A DNA stretch of 61,511 nucleotides, counting the filler, from Chiloscyllium plagiosum (Eukaryota), in the NCBI RefSeq assembly GCF_004010195.1. It is 5 parts of one record of this genome, joined end to end, with 100 filler letters (N's around TTAATTAATTAA, not from the genome) between each part and the next. Parts side by side here need not be neighbours in the genome. Positions count along the whole stretch, not along the records: positions 21,609 to 39,118 come from NC_057710.1; positions 39,219 to 54,275 come from NC_057710.1; 3 more parts are not named here. The stretch is one strand, 5' to 3'. The first letter of the stretch is position 1, and the number at the start of each line of letters is the position of its first letter. The notes beneath the pieces are model-generated. The model worked only from the letters and a program-made list of their open reading frames with translations. It was not told where the DNA came from and made no database searches. Shown in pieces: positions 37,416 to 50,144 of the stretch. A program made the position numbers and the translations under genes.

Positions 37416-38583
37416 CATAAAGAAAGCACCTCAGAGCAGCAAGTAATTCCTAGGAGAAATATTTAAATAGGATGGGAGATCATGATATATTTCCAATAAT
37501 CCTGGAACATTTAAAATTTCCTTTCACCTGTTTCAGGTGGGCTGGTGATTGATAGGATGTACTGAAGCAATCTCCATCCCACCCACCTTCCTGTATGAGT
37601 TAAATCTATCCTAATCTGTTTTTTGTAACTATTGTGACTAAAAGAGAAAGTGGTTTGATGAAGTTTCCTCTAACTCCACTGTGATCCTGGTCTTATTTAT
37701 ATACCAGGAATGGCCAGTTAAAACAGAGGTGTGTAAAACGAACAACACTTATCCATTTGATCTGTGGCATTACAAGGGTGTCCTTCCTGCTTTTGAGTGT
37801 TATTTTGTTAGATCTGCAGTATGGGATTGGAGGAGTTGGCAGACAAGTCAGACAAAGCCTGTCATATAATTATCAGAGGTACAGCCAAAGGTCTGGGAGC
37901 TGTTCTTCCAATTTATCAAAGAAAGTTGTTTGCAGGAATTTAAACAAGTTGAAAATTAATTATCAGAAGACTGATAACTTGTACAGCTATATCTGCTTTC
38001 AATGTCTTTAGCCAAAAGCATTACTTTAAAAATTGTGTTCAGTGCATGTACAATTTATTCCCTTTTTTAACTGATGCTTTACAATTCTAGTAGAATTCTA
38101 GGTTACCAGCACCTCCACATCATGAATGCAATTCTACTATACTATGTTAATTCTATTCATATTATGGAGGTGATAGCATAGTTTTCATTGTGAATGATTC
38201 AACTTTATGAACTTCCTTTACGTGTGATCACTGGATATTTCTTATCAGTCTTGAGATGCTTGCTCTCCAGCAGCAGCCAGGGGTCCCAATCTCAGCAGTC
38301 TGATGCACAGCTGCGAATCTCTCAGGTCTGCAGCTGTACTCTCATTTCCTCCCTATTGTACAGGCACAAAGCCAGCCATATGCATATAGTCCCAGCCTCA
38401 TAATCATCTGGCAAAGGAAACAGAGCATCTGATTCCTTGGTGTGGGGTGCCCATATTGGAAAAAAATCTCCCCTGAATATCCACTGCTATTCTAATGCCC
38501 TATCAGATGGTCAATGAATCTAGCAAAAACTGCTAAGTTATCACAACTTTTGCAGACTCTTGAGTCAGAGCAAACATATTGTA

Positions 38584-39118
38584 AGAGGAGAAAGTGAGGT
38601 CTGCAGATGCTGGAGATCAAAGTTGAAACTTTATTGCTGGAACAGCACAGCAGGTCAGGCAGCATCCAGGGAACAGGAGATTCGACGTTTCGGGCACAGG
38701 CCCTTCTTCAGGAATGAGCAGAGAGTGTTCAGCAGGAGAAGATAAAAGGTAGGGAGGAGGGACTTGGAGGAGGGGCGTTGGAAATGTGATAGGTGGAAAG
38801 AGGTCAAGGTGAAGGTGATAGGTCGGAGTAGGGTGGAGGCGGAGAGGCCAAGAAGAAGACTGCAGGGCAGGAAGGCGGTGCCGGGCGGGAGGGATCCGCC
38901 TGAGACAAGGTGGGGGGAGGGGGGATGAAGAAACTGGTGAAGCCCAAGTTCATCCCCTGCGGGTGGAGGGTTCCCAGTCGGAAGATAAGACGCTCCCCCT
39001 CCGACCGTCGCGTTGTTGTGGTTTGGCGGTGGATGAGTCCAATGACCTGCATATCCTCGGTGGAGTGGGAGGGGGAGTTGAAATGCTGTGCTACAGGGTG
39101 GTTGGGTTGGTTCATCCG
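38584..39118 (-). mobile_element. Penelope-like element 3' end, family A, young, runs into gap
   Basis: NQPNHPVAQHFNSPSHS..ERLIFRLGTLHPQGMNLGF, followed by the pseudo-LTR. Confidence 0.9.
38684..38711 (-). ncRNA. Minimal hammerhead ribozyme motif (family A variant)
   Basis: ATTC-CTGAAGA-A-GGGC-CTGT-GCCC-GAAACGTC-GAAT, with a perfect 4-bp stem I (ATTC/GAAT). Confidence 0.78.
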
Positions 39119-39218
39119 NNNNNNNNNNNNNNNNNNNNNNNNNNNNNNNNNNNNNNNNNNNNTTAATTAATTAANNNNNNNNNNNNNNNNNNNNNNNNNN
39201 NNNNNNNNNNNNNNNNNN
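39119..39218. other. Assembly gap with TTAATTAATTAA linker
   Basis: Direct observation. Confidence 0.97.
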
Positions 39219-39425
39219 TGTACTGTATGCTACTTTCTCCCCACCCCCACCCTCCCCTAGCTTATCTCTCCACGCTTCAGGCTCACTGCCTTTATTCCTG
39301 ATGAAGGGCTTTTGCCCGAAACGTCGATTTTGCTGCTCGTTGGATGCTGCCTGAGTTGCTGTGCTCTTCCAGCACCACTGATCCAGAATCTGGTTTCCAG
39401 CATCTGCAGTTATTGTTTTTACCTT
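39219..39425 (+). mobile_element. PLE pseudo-LTR (family A) with hammerhead motif at 39298-39325
   Basis: CTGATGAAGGGCTTTTGCCCGAAACGTC; nearly identical to the 4367-4878 element. Confidence 0.88.
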
Positions 39426-39459
39426 ATAAATAACACAATCCAACTCAAAAGGTGAAGTG

Positions 39460-40000
39460 ATGGTGACTTTGACATCAAGACATCGGCATTTGATTTAGTG
39501 TGGCAGCAAGAAACCTGATCAAAACTGAAATGAGGGAAGCTCTCCACCGGTTAGAGTCATACCTAGTGTCTCTTGCTGATTAGGTCAGAAATATGGATGT
39601 TCACTGATGATTGCACAGTCTTTAATACTATTTGCAATGCCTTAGAGGCTGAGGCCATTCGTGTTCTTATGCATCAAGATCTGGACAACATTCAAGTTTC
39701 GGCTGATAAGTGGCAAGTGATATCTGTGCCATATAAGTGCCAAGCAACGACTATTTCCAACAAGAGAATCTAACCATCTATGCTTGACACTCAATGGCAT
39801 TACCATCCCTGCATCCCCTGCTATCAGCAGCCTAGAAGTTGAAAATGCTGAGGCAAGATACTCAACTCCTAACTTCCTAAAACGTATCCATCATCTATTA
39901 GGCACAAGACAGGAGCGGATGAGTGCAATTCTGACAACACTCAAGATTTTCAACACTATTCAGGCCAAAGTAACCTGCTTGAATGGCATCCGGTCCATCA
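39460..40000 (+). mobile_element. CR1/L2-group LINE fragment
   Basis: IRSEIWMFTDDCTVF..QDLDNIQVSADKWQV. Confidence 0.8.
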
Positions 40001-40488
40001 CTTCTGTCTTTATCATGGATCATAATCCTTTTTTAAAAACTCATTCACATGATGTGGGCATCGCTGGGCCAGTGGACAGTTAAGAATCAGCCACATCACT
40101 GCAGGTGTGGAGTTACATGCAGCTCTGCCGACATAAGGATGCCAGTTTCCTTCCCTAGTGAGCCACATGGGTTTCTCCTGACAATGAAGCGGTTTTGTGT
40201 TTCAACATTAGATTCTTTCCAGATTTTTATAAAATTCAAATTCCACCATCCACCATGGCGGGTCCCTGCAGCATGACCAGAGTCTCTGGATTAATAGTCA
40301 AACAATAATAAATTTAGGCCATTAGATAATTTCAATGGATTTTAACAATTAACAGCTGTTATATCGTTGCCATTAGGCCAGGTTTTTAATCAGATTTATT
40401 TATTGAATTCAAATTTCACAATCGGGATTTGAATCCATGACTAGTTCTAGTGACATCACAAATATGTCAGCATGACACCCCCCCCCAA

Positions 40489-40812
40489 TTAGATTTGATT
40501 AGACTACTTACAGTGTGGAAACAGGCCCTTCGGCCCAACAAGTCCACACCGACCCTCCGAAGAGCAACCCACCCAGACCCAGTCCCCTACATTTATCCCT
40601 TCACCTAACACTACGGGCAATTTAGCATGGCCAATTCACCTAACCTACACTTCTTTGGACTGTGGGAGAAAACCGGAGCATCCGGAGGAAACCCACGCAG
40701 ACACGGGAAGAATGTGCAAACTCCACACAGTCAGTTGCCTGAGGTGGGAATTGAACCTGGGTCTCTGGCGCTGTGAGGCAGCAGTGCTAACCGCTGTGCC
40801 ACTGTGCCGCCC
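40489..40812 (-). mobile_element. HE1-type V-SINE, full length, probable TSD CCAATT
   Basis: Complete head, V-domain and tail on the minus strand. Confidence 0.93.
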
Positions 40813-43800
40813 AATTCTATGGAGATATCAAGATTTTAAGCACAGCATTTTTTTTTGTAAAATAAAAGACAACGTACAGTCAAAAGGTGACTGAGAATAT
40901 ACAAAGCAATTCAGGACTGCCAGGAAGGCACTTCAGCCTTGAGAGTGACCCTGAAATGTCATATCTGACCAATATCAAGGAAACTTCAAAGATACGGACT
41001 TCAAAGACAGGAAACACATGGCAAACTGGATAGTAATATCCTGTGCATTATCTCAGTCTGCGATGGGAGCAAAGAGAGCTGTCTGGGGGAGTGACTCGTT
41101 TGTGTTTTTCCCTGCCAGGAGTACACGAGAGCAGGGATTGAAAACCAGTTTCAGTGTTGTTCTGTGTGGACAAATGAGTAAAGGTTTGTGCTGTAGGGTC
41201 TGAGAAATACCCTCATCATCATCGCGCTGCAGGTATAACAAAAAAGTCTCTTTCTTTGATCAAAGCCAGAAAGTAAGTGAAACCTGAGTCAAAACAGGAC
41301 AAAGGCCTATTAGCTCACCTGCAAAACCAAGCATCTCAAATCAACCAGTGACCTGCCAGAATCAGTGCTACTGGTATCACCCAAAATGACAGCCACAACA
41401 TCCCATTATCTATGCATCTTGGAACTCAGATTGATCCACATATCTCTTTTAGACCTACCTGTCATTTTGAATCTGTATGCATCTAATTTGCTTTATTATT
41501 TCCATTTTCATTTAGTAACTGATAAACTTCACTTCCTCTTTAACTGAAGAAAATCTGGTTAAATTGACTCCTTTTAAAGTGTAAAATAATTTCAATCTTG
41601 GAGAAAGGTGTCCACAAGGAAAAGCCAGCTTTTGTAATGAACCTTGCGGCAAACAACCAAGAGGGAGAGCTGCCAAATTTAATCCACTAATTTTCCATCT
41701 ATTATTCAATCCAAAAAAGACACTTGCACAAGTATCATATGAATACATATATTGTCAACATACACAATAGATTGTTTCTTCATGAGTTGAAGAAGAAAAT
41801 AAATTGCAACAAATGATTGTTGGACTTTCAATGTGGATCAACAAATGTTCATAACTAAAGGGGCCAGTTTTTGTGTCCTCAGTTTCAATCTGAGTGGCTT
41901 TAAGGAGTGCATGACATCAGTTATTTACTTTCCTTTCATTATTGCCAGAAAAAACATTTAGACCGGCAGTAGTCACAGAAGTAAACAAGGACCAGGCAGA
42001 ACCTAATGGGAAAAACAGGTTTTTAAAATTTGACAGTGAGCCCTTTTTCAAGAAAAAGACAAACTCCACAGCTGTGGTAGTTAACTTTAACATTTATCGA
42101 GGTTACATAGCTCACTGGCTGCTAGTGAATAAAATCATCATTGTTACAAGCATAATGTGACTGGTTTTGCTGACGCTTCTATGAACTAAATTGCATTCTC
42201 GCTAACGCAGTGCACATTTCAAACAATTCTGTAAATGGGCTGAAAAGTGAACATTTAAATTATTGTTACACTGTTTGGATTTAGTGTAAAAAAAAGTCAG
42301 CCCCCAGATTTTTATTCAGAATTCATGGTAAGCAGATGATAAAATGTTAAGGTATGAACTTAAGCCTTTCCTGCTGCAATCAGCATCACTATTTTAATAT
42401 TACGAGAAACTAATATGAGAGTCTGCGATCCAATAACGCCTCCATCTTATTGAAAGCTCCAAACAATCTGAATGTTAGAACCAAATGTCTGCACAGACCA
42501 TTAATTTAGAGCTGAAAACTCCAGCAATTTCCTCAAGAGCCCTTTCTCATCCTTGTGCTCAATTTAACTGACTTAACAGTTCATTGCAAATTCACTGACA
42601 TCAAGATGTAATGTGTCCTTAGATGAACTCAGATTCAGTGCCACGAGCTCAGACTGCCAACAACATACTCCAGCTCTTGATAATGCTGCATTTCTTTTAT
42701 TTGCAATAAAACTTTTTTTCTCTCTCTCTTGAATTTTCCTCTTCTGACACGTCCTGCCCTGAGCAATGTGGCTTAATGGGAGAATGGAAGTCTTGTTTCC
42801 CAAACTGAGGCGAACATGTATAAGGCTTGAAACAGTCACTTCTGGAGCCACCAATTGAGGTGGGCTCCCAAGGCAGACTGGATTTTCACCACAAGCCGAC
42901 TAATATTATCCTCATTTGGCTGGACCCTGAGAAATTCAACAGGAACAGCGTGGATAAGTGCAGTGCGTACCACAGCACCGAGTTTGCTGGATTTTTGTCC
43001 AGGCTGATATCAGATGGACAAATGGCATGCTGAGGTTCTCACCAATTTATAGTAATTAATGCTTATTCAGGTCCGTGTTGACTGCCCAACTCACCTCATT
43101 GATATTCCAGTTGAGACCTTACCAAATTCACCCAACAATCTAGATGTGAGGAAAACCAGACATCGAGACCAGAATGGGTGGTTGATGGGCCAGATGACAT
43201 CAATGTTGAACACTGGATACCAACATTTCATGGTCTATGGCCAATGGCCCAAAGCATCCCACCACTGTCGATGGACAATGATGTCCAACATGTGCCAGAC
43301 TCAAACCTCATGGCACATCACTGATTTGCTTGTAGGGTGTTTCTGCAGCAGAAACTATTGTTTTAATGCTGCAGCAAAGTCACTACATGTGGGTTGAACC
43401 AGGATGCACCTCCGGGCTCTTCCTCACTACCATAAAACTCAGTCAACCTCATCCTATGTGGATGCTTACGGGATCCCTACTCTGGCATTGCCATGCCTTG
43501 TGTTTTTGAGCTTTGCCTCCTCAACTCCTGTTACTACTGTCTTGCCATCATTTAGCATGGATACAAAGTCAGGAAGCTCTTCACTGTTGTCAGCAGGCCT
43601 CAATCCACTCAAGGTAGATAGTGTTCTCTCAAGGGATTCTGGCACAGAAAGTTATGGGCGTCTCCATTACCAGCTTAGGGCCTGCTCAGGGCAGTCACAA
43701 TCAGAATCCTTACCTCACGTGAGGTGAGGAGCTGAATGACAGGATTTCTGCCTTATTGTGGGCTTTCCTTCTGAAAACAAGAGAGACAGGTATTACAGAT

Positions 43801-44253
43801 GGTGCAAATAGGTGGCACATCTATTACAGTTGGTGAAGGTGGGGAGGTGTGTTGAAGGAGAGAATAAGCAGCATAGAGAGCATGCAGGGCTAATGCTGTC
43901 AGGGGTGGCAAGTGGGAAGCTGCTGCTGGCAATCGTGAGAGTGATAGAGTATGACGTTTGGTGGGAGGTGGGTACAATGGCAGAGGGAGTGTGAGGCCTT
44001 GGATAGAAGGTGGCAGCACTTGCATTGGTGGGAGATAGATCTTCTTCCCACCATGCTGGGTTTTCCTTGAGATAGCTAAGAATTCTTCAACCAACCTCAG
44101 CCCAGACTGGCATGGCTTCCACTGCTGGTCCTCAGAGCAAAAGGACATACAGCCTATGCATCACCAAATCTAGTAGAAGCTCAATGTGCCAGTCCCTCTC
44201 TGTCTTCCATGTGGGGGCAACTGTCAGAAAATGCCCAGAGTAGCTCCAGATTT

Positions 44254-45050
44254 GCTGTGGTTCTGTTCGCCGAGCTGGAAGTTTTTGTTGCAAACGTTTC
44301 GTCCCCTGTCTAGGTGACATCCTCAGTGTTTGGGAGCCTCCTGTGAAGTGCTTCTGTGGTGTTTCCTCCGGCATGTATAATGGCCTGTCCTTGCCGCTTC
44401 CGGTTGTCAGTTTCAGCTGTCCGCTGTAGTGGCCGGTATATTGGGTCCAGGTCGATGTGTTTGTTGATGGAGTTTGTGGATGAATGCCATGCTTCTAGGA
44501 ATTCCCTGGCTGTTCTTTGTTTGGCTTGCCCTATAATGGTAGTGTTGTCCCAGTCAAATTCATGTTACTTGTCGTCTGCGTGTGTGGCTACTAGGGATAG
44601 CTGGTCGTGTCGTTTCGTGGCTAGTTGATGTTCGTGGATGCGGATCGTTAGCTGTCTTCCTGTTTGTCCTATGTAGTGTTTTGTGCAGTCCTTGCATGGT
44701 ATTTTGTACACTACGTTAGTTTTGCTCATGCTGGGTATCGGGTCCTTCGTTCTGGTGAGTTGTTGTCTGGGAGTGGCTGTTGGTTTGTGTGCTGTTATAA
44801 GTCCTAGTGGTCGCAGTAGTCTGGCTGTCATTTCAGAGATGTTCTTGACGTATGGTAGTGTGGCTAGTCCTTTGGGTTGCGGCATGTCCTCGTTCTGTTG
44901 TCTCTCCCTTAGGCATCTGTTGATGAAATTGCGAGGATATCCGTTTGTTGCGAATACCTTGTATAGGTGTTCCTCTTCCTCTTTTTGCAGTTCTGGTGTG
45001 CTGCAGTGTGTCGTGGCCCTTTTGAACAGTGTCTTGATGCAACTTCGTTT
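44254..45050 (-). mobile_element. 5'-truncated Penelope-like element (family B): RT thumb region, GIY-YIG endonuclease and pseudo-LTR, 14-bp TSD
   Basis: IKTLFKRATTHCS..NGYP..LPYV..NVVYKIPCKDCTKHYIGQTGRQLTIRIHEH. TSD GTAGCTCCAGATTT at 44240-44253 and 45051-45064. One in-frame stop at 44565-44567. Confidence 0.93.
44293..44326 (-). ncRNA. Minimal hammerhead ribozyme motif (family B)
   Basis: ACA-CTGAGGA-TGTCACCTAGACAGGGGAC-GAAACGTT-TGC, located in the 3' pseudo-LTR downstream of the GIY-YIG ORF. Confidence 0.72.
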
Positions 45051-45384
45051 GTAGCTCCAGATTTCTTGTGCTTGTCTGGGTGCACAACAGCTTTGTAATA
45101 TAGTACCTGTGCTTGGGTGCCAGTCAACTCTGGGACATCTAGTGAGTACTGAGCTGTTCCAGGTACTGCACATGGTGAGATGGGTGGACATTGGATATGA
45201 TATATAGTATAGAGGCAAGAATGTCAAATAATGAGGAGATTCAGTGAGAAAACTGACTTGATCTTGCACTAAGAATCCTACCAACAAACCTGATTTGGAT
45301 TTAACCAAAAATCTGTAAGATTCAGCCCTGTGTGTTCCTGAGATTTGGGCACAACATTTATTGCCCATTCTTAATTATCTTGGA

Positions 45385-46520
45385 GAATATAGGAGCATAA
45401 GAAATAGGAGCAGGAGGCCATTCAACAGCTTGAGCCTGCGTTGTTACTCAGTAAGATCTAATCTGATTGTGGCTTCAACTTCACTTCTGTGTCTGTCCTC
45501 CCATAAGCCTAGACTCCCACTAACAAACCTCGGAAAGAAGACATTTTTGCTTACTTCTGTCTTAACTGAGACATCTCTTATTCTGAAACTGCATCCCCTA
45601 GTAGAACATCTTTATCAGCATCAAATCTGTTAAGCCCCCTCAGAATAAAAATGTAAGAATATAAGAATTTGGAGCAGGAGTAGGACACTCAGCCCTTCGT
45701 GTTTTGCTGCACACTTCAATGAGATTAAGGCTGATCTTCCACCTCAGTGCCACTCTCCTGCACTATCCCCATGCTCCATGCTAGCTTTAATATGTGAAAG
45801 TCTACTGATGTCAGTCTTGAACATACTCAATAACTGAACTTCCACAGGTCTCTGGTGGTGAAGACAGTTCCAAAGATTCACCACCCTCTGACTGAAGGAA
45901 TTCTTCTGATGTCAGTCCTAAATGGCCTACCTCTTATTATGAGACACTATTTCCTGGTTCGCGATCTCCCAGTCAGGGGCAACATCTTTCTTGCATCAGC
46001 CCTGTTAATCTCTGTAAGAATTCTGTAATCTGAATGAGGTCACACACCCCCATTTTTCTAAAATTTAGCGTATGTACACCCAGTATATAATATTGATTTT
46101 CCTTCATTAGACAATCGCAGGAAATAGTCGGTGATGTTTTGTTTCACTCCTGCTATGGCAAGTATGTTTTTGTATGCATAAGGAGATCAGACTGAACACA
46201 TTTCAGAAGTGTACTTGCTAAGACACAAAACAATTGCAATAAGAATTCTTTATTCCAACACTCAAATTATCTAGCAATGAAGGCTAAACATTCCATTTGC
46301 CTCCTTAATTGATGCTGTAACTGCATGTTAATTTGCCATAATCCATGAACAAGAATACATTTCAATTTCAGCATTTCCCAGTCTCTGACCATTTAAGAAT
46401 ACTTAGTTCCCAACCATGATCTCTTTGTGGCGATCAGTAATGGCTATAAGATCATGTCCATTAACCTCTATTTGTGCCGTCGATTCATTTCTTTTGTTCT
46501 GAAGACTGTGTGCATTTAAG
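45385..46520 (-). mobile_element. Stacked decayed CR1 fragments
   Basis: Two CR1 3' tails (~45385 and ~45655) and an endonuclease start LYLNAHSLQNK..QIEVNGHDLIAIT. Confidence 0.75.
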
Positions 46521-47214
46521 TAAAGATCAAGTAATGTTGCCATGTTACTTTCTGTTCCTACTTTAACCTTATTTTGTTTTAGTACTTGCAGTGCCGCTCT
46601 AGGTAACATTATCAAAATGATTGCCCTGCAATCCTGCCTTATCCTTTTGCCTTGCAAGCCTATGTTCCCCACCCCAACCCTCTCAATTAGTTTGAAGCCC
46701 TCTTTATATTTCTACTGTACAATTCACCAGATCACACTCAAATGAAGCCTGTCCAACTGGAACAGCTCTCTTCTACCCCAGTACTAGACAATTGCGGAAT
46801 GTTTTAAGGGTATGAGTGATGTGTACAATGTGGAATTGAGTGTAGAATCATGCGAAGAGTCCACAGAGGCCTACATCCACGTTGAGAGAATTTTGCTGCA
46901 TCTCTTTTGCCTTTGCAAGGTGGTGAGAATCTCGCTGGGGAGTGGTGAGTTGCCGGTTGACAGGGATTATAATTTGTTAAACACATAATTAATCCTGCAA
47001 CTTGTCGCATTACTCTTCAACTATGTTACCAAATCTGTCGAACAGATAGACGTCAAGAGAACTTGACAGAGAAATCAGAGTGGGTACCTGATGAATTCAA
47101 CTCCACTGGCTCCATTGCCTTCTGACTAACTATCATGACACTGTCTGGACTCTGGCTGGCCACTTAGAAACTGCAGATCTATATTAGAGGGTGCATGCCC
47201 AACCTGATGTAAAA

Positions 47215-47874
47215 TGTTACTACAAGGACCAGACCAGGCCCCCTCAAAATATTTTAGGAAGATAGATTAGACCCTAACTTTTCTTATTTTAAAGGTAGAT
47301 ATGAAGTGCTGTGTTCCATTGCAATGCGACTGGTAGGACTACTTGATGTGACGCAAAACACAATTAATTTAAACACTATAGTTGAATAAAAACAAAAGAA
47401 AGAGGAATTAGTTATGACTTAACTATTGGAAACCTTAACTGAATAATAGTACAATACCTATTACTAACTAACTGTCCAATATAGTAACATCACAAAAACA
47501 CACTGCTTGGCAAAAAGGCAAATTCAGACACAGATTCTCGCATGCAGGTCTCCAATCCAGGAGGAAAAAGACATCAAGAGAAGATTCAGAGTGTGAGGCA
47601 GCCAGGAGACATTCACTGAAGCCCCCACTCTTTTGAGACCTCAAAGGCTTCTCCTGAAAGCTAAACCTAAAAACTAAAAAACAGGAAAGCCTGGTCTGAG
47701 AGAGCTGGCCACACCCAGGCTGTTTCCATTGTTCCAACCTTCAAAAAAGAACTTCCAAGGCCTGACATGTTATTTACTTTCTTAGAGACAGCTCGGTAAC
47801 TCTGCCTTACAACCTCTCTTCAAACAAAAAAACAGGACAAGATGACAGCATCTTAAAGTGATAGTGTCATCACA
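47215..47874. mobile_element. Solo LTR, related to LTR 53049-53690
   Basis: TGTTA...CA termini. Shares CAGACC..CTCAAAA.AT and AGAGAGCTGGCC segments with the 53-kb LTR. Confidence 0.6.
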
Positions 47875-49511
47875 AAGGACATATAGGGACAGCCAGCCAC
47901 GTCACAGATTGGAGCTGGCTGCATCTCAACGCTGCTTGTTCTTCTCTGAGCACCTACCTGCCTACCAAAAAACAATTGCCCCTCGGCTTGCCATGCCAAT
48001 TAGCATAGTCACAAAACCAGGCTGCTGGCTTACTGGTCACCCAGTCCTGTTAAGGGGTGCATGTTTTTCTATATGGCAGTGGACCATGTCAATCTCACAC
48101 CTGCACCATTTGCCAGCAGCTTTGCTATCAAATACTTGCAGCTTGTGATGTAACCATGACTCAAAATCTCAGGAGAGTGGACCTCACCCAAATCCATGGA
48201 GGCACCCATCAATTAGGGAGTCCCAGCACATTAAGTCCAGGCCAGTCTCTGATACTATTCCAGGGAATTGACTAAGGTCACTCAGCTGCTTAGGGCAGTC
48301 AGAGTCAGGATCCTGTTCTCCTAAAGGGTGAAGAGTCAAAGAACAAGCAGTCATCACCATCTTGATAGTTTCTGCCGTACTATGAGCTGTTGTTCTCATG
48401 AAATGACAGAGGCAAGTATTAAGGGAGATGAAAACTGTTACTGTTAGAGCAGGGTGGGTGGGGGTAAGGTCAAGCAGGGCTAGTTGTGCCAAGATTGGAG
48501 CGATGACAACGAGTGAGCAAGCATCGAGCATGAGCCTTGATGGCAGGTGGCTGCAGAGACACAGATAGTTTGACTGTGAGGTTTCAGGGAGAAAACAGTA
48601 GCACTTACGCTGGCAGGGTGGAAGTCACTGACCGTCTCCTTACATCGCTGTCCTCTAGATGGCTGAGACTACAGTGACCCCCCAGGGTTGCCCTCAGACC
48701 AGACTGGCAAAGTCTGATAGTGTGGTCTGTGCTGCTAGTACTGGTACCACTCTGTCCAGCAGGACTTCCTAGTCTGAGCCCACAAAGTGGGGCAGACCAG
48801 GGGAATTTCCTGCCCCACCTGGGAAAATGTTGTGACTGTGCAGGACAGCTCTGATCTGACCACACTTTGTTCAGGTGTGCAAGGACACTAGTGTGTCACT
48901 AGTGCTGGGGATGTTGGTCAGTTTTGAACTATCCTAGCAGTGGTGAATTGTTTCGGGAATGGTGCATAGTAAGATAATGCCAGAATTGCGTGAGGGGTGC
49001 CATGGGGTAGAGCAGGTAGGTAATTAGGCAAATTTGGTAAAATATGGTGAGAAACGTCATTAGGCTTCACAGAGAGAAACAATCCGAAAATCCCAATGCT
49101 TCACAGATTTAGCCAAAACAAAATAGGGCTCACCCAAAGTGACAGAGCCAGAGCAGTTTTTCAGATAAAGCCAGAAGATGGTTTTGAACAAACAATATGA
49201 TGATATTAGCCCTTTGCTTTGCTATCTTTTTAGTATGATAGCATCCTGTGTTTCATGCACTAACTTTATTCAATGTGGAAATGCTGAGATCACTGATTCA
49301 AATGTATTTGTTCCACTGAATGTAGCAGAAAATTAAACAAATGAAAAACTACCCGCACAAGGTCAAATAATTTCACCTACTTGAAGCAGATCAGAAAAAA
49401 GTGCTATAATTACACAATTCCTTATCTCAAACGTGTTTTGACCTTCTTCGTCCATTGTTTGCACGCTCACTTTGCAACCCATCTTTCCAACCCCACCTCC
49501 ATCCAACTCAC

Positions 49512-49590
49512 CAGTAGCCTGGTCTTTCCAAGAGTTTGACATCATGGGTAAATGCTCAATGGCCTCACCGGTCACATCAAAGCCAGACCA
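49512..49590 (-). CDS. Candidate exon of unknown transcript (WSGFDVTGEAIEHLPMMSNSWKDQAT)
   Basis: Acceptor TTGTTTCCCTGTCACAG, donor G|GTGAGT. Open in the phase left by the 50591-50880 candidate exon. Confidence 0.3.
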
Positions 49591-49834
49591 CTGTGACAGG
49601 GAAACAATGCCAATTCATTAGAACCATCTGGCACATGGGCTCCATTCCTCCTTCCTGGGTAATTAGTTGTGGTGTAAAAAGCATGTCCATTTAACAAGGC
49701 AGTTTTATCCTATTTTACAAGAAGTCTTGTCTGGACTTGTTTCAAAGACAAATGCATACTATAAACAAAAATCATACCAGCACAGTTGTCTAATTTAATT
49801 TTAAAATACTAATTAATCTGAGCTTATTTCCAAT

Positions 49835-50113
49835 TAGATTAGATTCCCTACAGTGTGGAAACATGCCCTTCGGCCCAACCAGCCCTCCGAAGAGTAACCC
49901 ACCCCTCTCTGACTAATGCACCTAACACTACAGACAATTTAGTACAGCCAATTCACCTGACCTGCACATCTTTGGAAGGAAACCGGAGCAAACCCATGCA
50001 GACATGGGGAGAACGTGCAAACTCCACACAGACAATCGCCCGAGGCTAGAATCAAACCTGGAACCCTGGTGCGGTGAGGCAGCAGTGCTAACCACTGAAC
50101 CACCGTGCCACAC
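49835..50113 (-). mobile_element. HE1-type SINE with internal deletions
   Basis: Head TGGCACGGTGGTTCAGTGGTTAGC on minus; (TCTAA)n tail. Confidence 0.9.
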
Positions 50114-50144
50114 CACTATGACTACTGAATAAGACTTTGTGATA

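Noticed and set aside
45051..45368. N-terminal extension of the 267-aa PLE ORF as a host-transposon fusion
   Set aside because: It lies outside the TSD, so it is chance read-through into flanking DNA with no splice or expression evidence.
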